64,000 nucleotides of DNA from contig JAJYZA010000001.1 in NCBI GenBank assembly GCA_021800365.1, positions 147,377-211,376 of the forward strand, written 5' to 3'. The notes below the pieces were generated by a model. The model was given only the letters and a program-made list of their open reading frames with translations, was not told the DNA's origin and made no database searches. Positions 59,530-64,000 of the stretch are shown here, in pieces. The stretch's first letter is position 1; each line of letters starts with the position of its first letter. Position numbers and translations under genes: made by a program. The DNA comes from Nanobdellota archaeon (GTDB taxonomy: Archaea > Nanobdellota > Nanobdellia > Parvarchaeales > Parvarchaeaceae).

Positions 59530-60498
59530 ATGTACGTTTTAGGAATAGAAAGCACGGCGCATACATTTGGAGTAGGGATAGTTAGAGATGGTGAAGTTTT
59601 ATCAAATGAAAAGGACGTGTATAAGCCAGAAACTGGTGGTATAATTCCAACAGAGGCCGCGAAACACCATTATGCACTTGCAGCAGAAATAACTGAGCGT
59701 GCCTTAAAAAGGGCGGGAATCTCATTGGAGAATATCGATTTGTTTGCGTATTCGCAGGGACCTGGGCTGCTTCCGAGTCTTAAAGCCGGGTGGGTGGCTA
59801 CAAGATTTTTAGCAGAAAAATTCAAAAAGAAGATAGTGGGAGTAAATCACTGTATAGCGCATATAGAAATTGCGAGGATGGTAACCGGATTCGAAGACCC
59901 GGTCATGCTTTATGTAAGCGGAGGTAATACCCAAATCGTTACATATGATAAAGAAAATCGTAAATATGTCGTATTTGGCGAGACGCAAGACATAGGTGTC
60001 GGTAACCTTCTGGACAAAGTGGGAAGAAAAATTAATTTACCTTTTCCCGCGGGCCCTAAAATAGAGGAACTTGCCAAACGTGGTAAGAAGTATCTCCGAC
60101 TGCCGTATTCAATAAAGGGAATGGATGTTAGTTTCTCCGGAATGGAGACATTTCTATCTAGAATTATCGCTGAGGAAAAAATTGAAGATCTGTGCTTTTC
60201 TCTACAAGAAACGGCATTCTCGATGCTTATCGAGGCGAGTGAGCGTGCAATGGCCTATTGCAAGAAAGATAGTTTAGTTATAGCAGGTGGGGTCGCTGCC
60301 AATGCGAGATTAAATGAGATGGGAAGTATAATGTGCAAAGAGCGCGGTGCAAAATTTAAATTCATGAAAAGAGAATATGCGGGCGATAATGGCGCTATGA
60401 TAGCATATACGGGTTACTTAATGAAAAACTATGAGCAAGGGGATTTGCGGCCAAAACCGAGCTTTAGAACTGATTCGGTCGAGATTCTTTACAGGTAA
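59530..60498 (+). CDS. kae1: KEOPS subunit Kae1 (tRNA t6A37 threonylcarbamoyltransferase)
   Basis: It has LGIESTAHTFGVGIV, HCIAHIE and DNGAMIAYTG. Confidence 0.85.
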   Translation: MYVLGIESTAHTFGVGIVRDGEVLSNEKDVYKPETGGIIPTEAAKHHYALAAEITERALKRAGISLENIDLFAYSQGPGLLPSLKAGWVATRFLAEKFKKKIVGVNHCIAHIEIARMVTGFEDPVMLYVSGGNTQIVTYDKENRKYVVFGETQDIGVGNLLDKVGRKINLPFPAGPKIEELAKRGKKYLRLPYSIKGMDVSFSGMETFLSRIIAEEKIEDLCFSLQETAFSMLIEASERAMAYCKKDSLVIAGGVAANARLNEMGSIMCKERGAKFKFMKREYAGDNGAMIAYTGYLMKNYEQGDLRPKPSFRTDSVEILYR

Positions 60499-60499
60499 T

Positions 60500-61195
60500 A
60501 TGCCAATAAATGCGCCGCAGGAATACTATAATCTCGAATTAGCCTATAGCAAGGAGAGGGATCCGGAAGAAAAGAAAAGAATCCTCGGTGAAATGCTACG
60601 ATTGTTACCGAAACACAAGGGTACGGATCGCGCGTTTGCTGCGCTCAAGCGGCGAATGTCTCTTCTTAAGAAATCCATGAACCGCAGTGCTCAAACACAT
60701 AAGACCCTGTCTATACGAAAACGCTGGCCACGCGTTTCTCTAATTGGATATGAACAAAGTAGGATATTAACTAGGTTTAATCTAACTAAAGTTGCCGACA
60801 TCTATTATGGAATCGCAAAAATAAACGGTATTCCCGTGCAGCTACTCCTTATACAAGACCCAGAAAAGTACCGCGATTTACTCATCCAAAGTGAAATAAT
60901 TATTTCCAAGATAAAATTAAATGATATCGCTGGTTTTCAAGTGATCTCGGACACACCGGATGTTGCATCGGCATTAAAAGCTTACGGCGTCATCGGAGTA
61001 TTTACGGAGAATTCTTCTGATGCCATAGCTTTGCAAGACGGCAGCACGGTTAAAACTTTAGCAGAAAAATTACATCTAGAAACCAAGAAAAATACTTATG
61101 CAATAATATATGGAAATAGCGCAAAATTCCAGGGACAGCGTGTGGGCTTAGACCATAAATTAAAGAATGACGACAGGGTATTTATAAGGATATGA
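60500..61195 (+). CDS. DRG-like protein with C-terminal TGS domain and degenerate (apparently non-functional) GTPase motifs
   Basis: The C-terminal TVKTLAEKLHLETKKNTYAIIYGNSAKFQGQRVGLDHKLKNDDRVFI resembles the DRG/Rbg TGS domain. The N-terminal VSLIGYEQSRILTRFNLTKV aligns to DRG G1 (VALIGFPSVGKSTLL) but lacks the GKS. The ATG is 2 nt after the kae1 stop and overlaps the bud32 start. Confidence 0.5.
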   Translation: MPINAPQEYYNLELAYSKERDPEEKKRILGEMLRLLPKHKGTDRAFAALKRRMSLLKKSMNRSAQTHKTLSIRKRWPRVSLIGYEQSRILTRFNLTKVADIYYGIAKINGIPVQLLLIQDPEKYRDLLIQSEIIISKIKLNDIAGFQVISDTPDVASALKAYGVIGVFTENSSDAIALQDGSTVKTLAEKLHLETKKNTYAIIYGNSAKFQGQRVGLDHKLKNDDRVFIRI

Positions 61196-61788
61196 GAATA
61201 ATCGCAAGGGGTGCGGAAGCGATAATATATGAAAGGGGGGATACCATAATAAAATTCCGCGAAAAAAAAGGGTACAGAATACCGGAGATAGACGCACTAT
61301 TAAGAACATCTAGAACCAGATACGAATTTAAGATCTTACAGACATGTGCTAGAGCGGGGCTTCGCGTCCCTCTGCCGATTAAGATAGCCGGAGACAATGA
61401 CAAAATATTGATGCAAAATCTCGGCGGTATCTCTTTTGATTCCGTATTTTCTGTGAAAAAGATGCGTGAAGTCGGCGAACTGGTCGCGTTAATGCATAAT
61501 TTGGGCGTGATACACGGTGATCTTACTACGGCAAATATGTTATCTAAGGAGAATAAAATTTTTCTTATAGATTTCGGGCTTGGTTACTTCTCAAAAAAAG
61601 ATGAAGATATTGCCACTGATATTTTTCTTTTAAAAAGCGCTCTAAAGTCTAGGCACCCAGACGAACATATGAGTGCATACGAATTGTTTATAGAGGCGTA
61701 TAAAACGGTTATAGAAAAAGAATTTAAAGGGATAGCTGCTCATCTTAAAGATATAGAGCGACGAGGAAGATATCATGAAAACGGTTAA
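61192..61788 (+). CDS. bud32: KEOPS subunit Bud32 (atypical RIO-like kinase)
   Basis: It has GAEAIIY and HGDLTTANML...LIDFGL. Confidence 0.8.
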   Translation: MRIIARGAEAIIYERGDTIIKFREKKGYRIPEIDALLRTSRTRYEFKILQTCARAGLRVPLPIKIAGDNDKILMQNLGGISFDSVFSVKKMREVGELVALMHNLGVIHGDLTTANMLSKENKIFLIDFGLGYFSKKDEDIATDIFLLKSALKSRHPDEHMSAYELFIEAYKTVIEKEFKGIAAHLKDIERRGRYHENG

Positions 61789-62200
61789 GATAAAAAGTAA
61801 GTTTGTGCCGCATTGGCTTAATTATTCTCCCGAAGAGATAGAGAAGATTATAGTTAACAAATATCAAAGTGGGCTTACAAAGTCCCAAATCGGTCTTCTA
61901 CTGAGAGACCAGTACGGCATTCCGTCTATAAAAGACCTAACAAAGACAAACGTTGGCGGAGTATTAAAAAGCCATGAAGTAAAAGAAGAACTTCCTGAAG
62001 ACCTTATTGCGCTATATAAGAAGGCTGTAAAATTACACAAGCACCTGGACAAGGAGCATAAAGACAAGCAATCAAAAAGAAGTGTGGTAGTACTGGAAAA
62101 CCGAATAAAACGACTTATAAACTATTATAAATCACGAAAGACGCTACCAAAAACATATGAATACAGCCTTGAAGCTGCTAGATTGGTGGTCAAACTATGA
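61775..62200 (+). CDS. rps15: Ribosomal protein S15 (uS15/S13e)
   Basis: It has SPEEIEKIIVNKYQSGLTKSQIGLLLRDQYGIPSIK and the C-terminal helical domain LENRIKRLINYYK. Confidence 0.75.
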   Translation: MKTVKIKSKFVPHWLNYSPEEIEKIIVNKYQSGLTKSQIGLLLRDQYGIPSIKDLTKTNVGGVLKSHEVKEELPEDLIALYKKAVKLHKHLDKEHKDKQSKRSVVVLENRIKRLINYYKSRKTLPKTYEYSLEAARLVVKL

Positions 62201-62730
62201 ATGAAAATAGTGCCTGGTTTAAGGTCATTGCGCCTAACTTTGATAATATTGATATCGGAGATATATTTGGAACTGAAGACAATTTAATCGGCAGACGAAT
62301 CTCTTACAATGCTTCTGAATTAAAGGAGCTTAAACCCCGAGCTGGATATAGAATTATATTTAAGGTTACTTCAGTAAAAGATTCTGAATGTAAAGCTGAA
62401 TTAGATTCGCTCGCACTTTCTCATGAGCAGATAAGTAGACTAACCAGGCACAATGTATCTAAGATTGATATGACCGTCCCAGTGAAATTGGGCGAGATTT
62501 CGTATATGGTAAAATTGCTATGCGCTATAAACAAAGCTCAAAACAGATACAGAAAAGCGGTAATCGCCGAAACAAGATCGTTCATAGAGAGCGAGTTAAA
62601 AGACGCGAAATTAAAGGATGTTTTCATTGATATCATTACAAATAAATTGCAGAACAAATTGCATAAAAAATTAAATAAAATATACCCAACAAGAGTTGCA
62701 GAGATAAGGATGGTTTCCCCTAAAGACTAG
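62197..62730 (+). CDS. rps3ae: Ribosomal protein S3Ae (eS1)
   Basis: It has the N-terminal WFKVIAPNFDNIDIGDIFG and C-terminal KIYPTRVAEIRMV. Confidence 0.7.
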   Translation: MNENSAWFKVIAPNFDNIDIGDIFGTEDNLIGRRISYNASELKELKPRAGYRIIFKVTSVKDSECKAELDSLALSHEQISRLTRHNVSKIDMTVPVKLGEISYMVKLLCAINKAQNRYRKAVIAETRSFIESELKDAKLKDVFIDIITNKLQNKLHKKLNKIYPTRVAEIRMVSPKD

Positions 62731-62796
62731 AGTTGCCTTTATATTCTAAATAAAATTAGATAAAATTAACTTATCGGCGACGGATGCTAGAAATAG

Positions 62797-62869
62797 TGGA
62801 CTCGTCGGGGTTTGAACCCGAAGTCTCGCCCATGCCATGGGCGCGCGTTACCAATTGCGCCACGAGCCC
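62797..62869 (-). tRNA. tRNA-Ala (anticodon GGC)
   Basis: Hand-folded on the minus strand. The acceptor is GGGCTCG/CGAGTCC. The anticodon stem is CGCCC/GGGCG with loop ATGGCAT. The T-arm is TCGGG TTCAAAC CCCGA. The discriminator is A. Confidence 0.6.
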
Positions 62870-62912
62870 GATATAATTAATTACAATAGAATGTATTAAA
62901 ACTTAAAAGTTC

Positions 62913-63986
62913 CTATTTTTTAGTATTAGAAAATCGACCGGTTTTCTTCGAATGAAAAGTTGGGTTGCCATTTTTGTCTAAGAATATCATTTTTCCTTTA
63001 AGATTTAAATCTTTTAATGGCGTGCCGCTTTTTGGCGCGGGAAGCTCTTTGCCGGGTGGAAGCGCTAGAGGCTCTTTGCCGTGTGGAAGCACTGGGGACT
63101 CTTTGCTGTGTGGAAGTGCCCTTTGGATTTGTCTAGATTGCTCCTGATAAGATTCCCCGGGTGTTATAAAGATTTCGCGCTCCATCTCTATCTTTGAGGG
63201 GGTCTTTGAGGGGCGGCTTGGCGGGAGTTGCTCAGATCCGGAAAATGAATGGCTTAAGAATGCTGTCCATACTATCGCTAAAAGTGTAAGAAGCCCAATA
63301 ACCGCCCAGCCAACCGGGCTCATTAGGAATAAACCAAAGCCAGGTATAAAGAAAAATGCTATTAAAAAAAGAATAATCAATGGAATAAGCACCTTTACAC
63401 CAAAACTTGACGTATGCCTGAAAATACGTAGCAAAAGTATCGCTGCTATCAAAATGGTCACACCAACTATTATTATGGGCAGCAAATTCAGTATTTTAAT
63501 ACCTAAAACGCCGTTTATGCCGTTAGCTAGAGCAGAATTATTAGACAGAACTAAATAAACCAGGACTAGCAATAAGATAAATCCGACTAATTTTGAGAAC
63601 GACTTGCCTCTATGAGATGGGATAAGCAGTGCGACTAGGAGAAGCACCATTATTATTGTCATCACCGCGATGCTCAAAAAAAGCTGTAAATACTTTGGAT
63701 TCGAATAGAGAAAAACGAAAGTTATTGCTGCAAAAATAAGTGCTATCGACGTTGCACCCCCACCGAGGGTTGTCCTTTGTAAAACCTGATAAAAAATAAC
63801 GAATATCGCTAAGGCAAAGAGAGCTGCATAAACTGGTATATCCGAAGCGTTGCTCGTACTAAATGCGCTTAATAAGCTACCACTACTTGAACTATTCCCA
63901 CCGATTGAAGGAAAAGAGAACGCGACAACGGACGGCACGGATATGAATGCCGCAATCAGCAATAAAACTAATGTAAACTTCAACAT
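62913..63986 (-). CDS. Polytopic membrane protein with C-terminal Pro/Lys-rich 9-aa tandem repeats
   Basis: It has more than 8 TM helices and a C-terminal LPHSKESPV/LPHGKEPLA/LPPGKELPA repeat. Confidence 0.45.
   Translation of the reverse strand: MLKFTLVLLLIAAFISVPSVVAFSFPSIGGNSSSSGSLLSAFSTSNASDIPVYAALFALAIFVIFYQVLQRTTLGGGATSIALIFAAITFVFLYSNPKYLQLFLSIAVMTIIMVLLLVALLIPSHRGKSFSKLVGFILLLVLVYLVLSNNSALANGINGVLGIKILNLLPIIIVGVTILIAAILLLRIFRHTSSFGVKVLIPLIILFLIAFFFIPGFGLFLMSPVGWAVIGLLTLLAIVWTAFLSHSFSGSEQLPPSRPSKTPSKIEMEREIFITPGESYQEQSRQIQRALPHSKESPVLPHGKEPLALPPGKELPAPKSGTPLKDLNLKGKMIFLDKNGNPTFHSKKTGRFSNTKK
63040..63126. repeat. 27-bp coding tandem repeat, about 3.3 copies (GGAAGC..CTCTTTGC.GTGT)
   Basis: The units are visible at 63040, 63058, 63085 and 63112. 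They encode the 9-aa repeats of the membrane protein. Confidence 0.6.
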
Positions 63987-64000
63987 ATAATTACTTGAAG

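Noticed and set aside
60431-60499. Upstream extension of the DRG-like ORF overlapping the kae1 3' end
   Set aside because: An ATG at 60500, 2 nt after the kae1 stop, gives a tighter and more plausible coupled start.
62820-62845. Possible intron in tRNA-Ala (CCATGGCATGG palindrome in the anticodon arm)
   Set aside because: With anticodon stem CGCCC/GGGCG the arm has a normal 7-nt loop ATGGCAT, so no intron is needed.
63040-63126. Possible CRISPR-like repeat
   Set aside because: It is only about 3 units with no unique spacers, and it lies within a coding region and encodes peptide repeats.

Overview
This 64 kb window looks like a compact, gene-dense, AT-rich archaeal chromosome segment. It has both coding strands in use, many 1-10 nt gene overlaps, and no transposases or CRISPR array. 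Most of it is informational and central-metabolism core.

The ribosomal protein genes are all present but sit in fragmented mini-clusters rather than the canonical long operons:
- single genes L15e and L35Ae
- L2-S19-L22-S3-L29
- L1-P0-P1
- S15-S3Ae

Other core genes present:
- Translation factors: aEF1A, aIF5B and an Asn/Asp-tRNA synthetase.
- A KEOPS Kae1/Bud32 pair, with an extra gene inserted between them.
- RNA processing and modification genes: Trm1, KsgA, RNase Z, TatD, a beta-CASP RNase, plus tRNA-Thr and tRNA-Ala.
- Cdc48/VAT and the chromosome-condensation set ScpA-ScpB-SMC.
- A Hef-like helicase with a GINS-like gene.
- A stand-alone Complex-I membrane module, nuoJKLMN.
- A glycolytic cluster: PfkB kinase, DhnA aldolase, ROK glucokinase and TIM.
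- Nucleotide-salvage enzymes: NDK, SurE, an HD phosphohydrolase and an NDT/DNPH1-like fusion.

Three regions are less ordinary:
- At 57-4704 there are five tandem genes for Cys- and Asn-rich surface proteins with class-III (archaeal prepilin) signal peptides, a candidate pilus/adhesin locus.
- At 6916-10521 there is a compact minus-strand cassette: a large 597-aa protein with no recognisable domains, followed by four tiny pilin-like genes of about 50 aa. It is divergently paired with a polymerase-beta nucleotidyltransferase/HEPN-like fusion that looks co-transcribed with rpl35ae. This is my best candidate for an undescribed system.
- At 60500-61195 a DRG-like TGS-domain protein with degenerate GTPase motifs sits exactly between kae1 and bud32.

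All calls come from reading the translations; no database searches were run.
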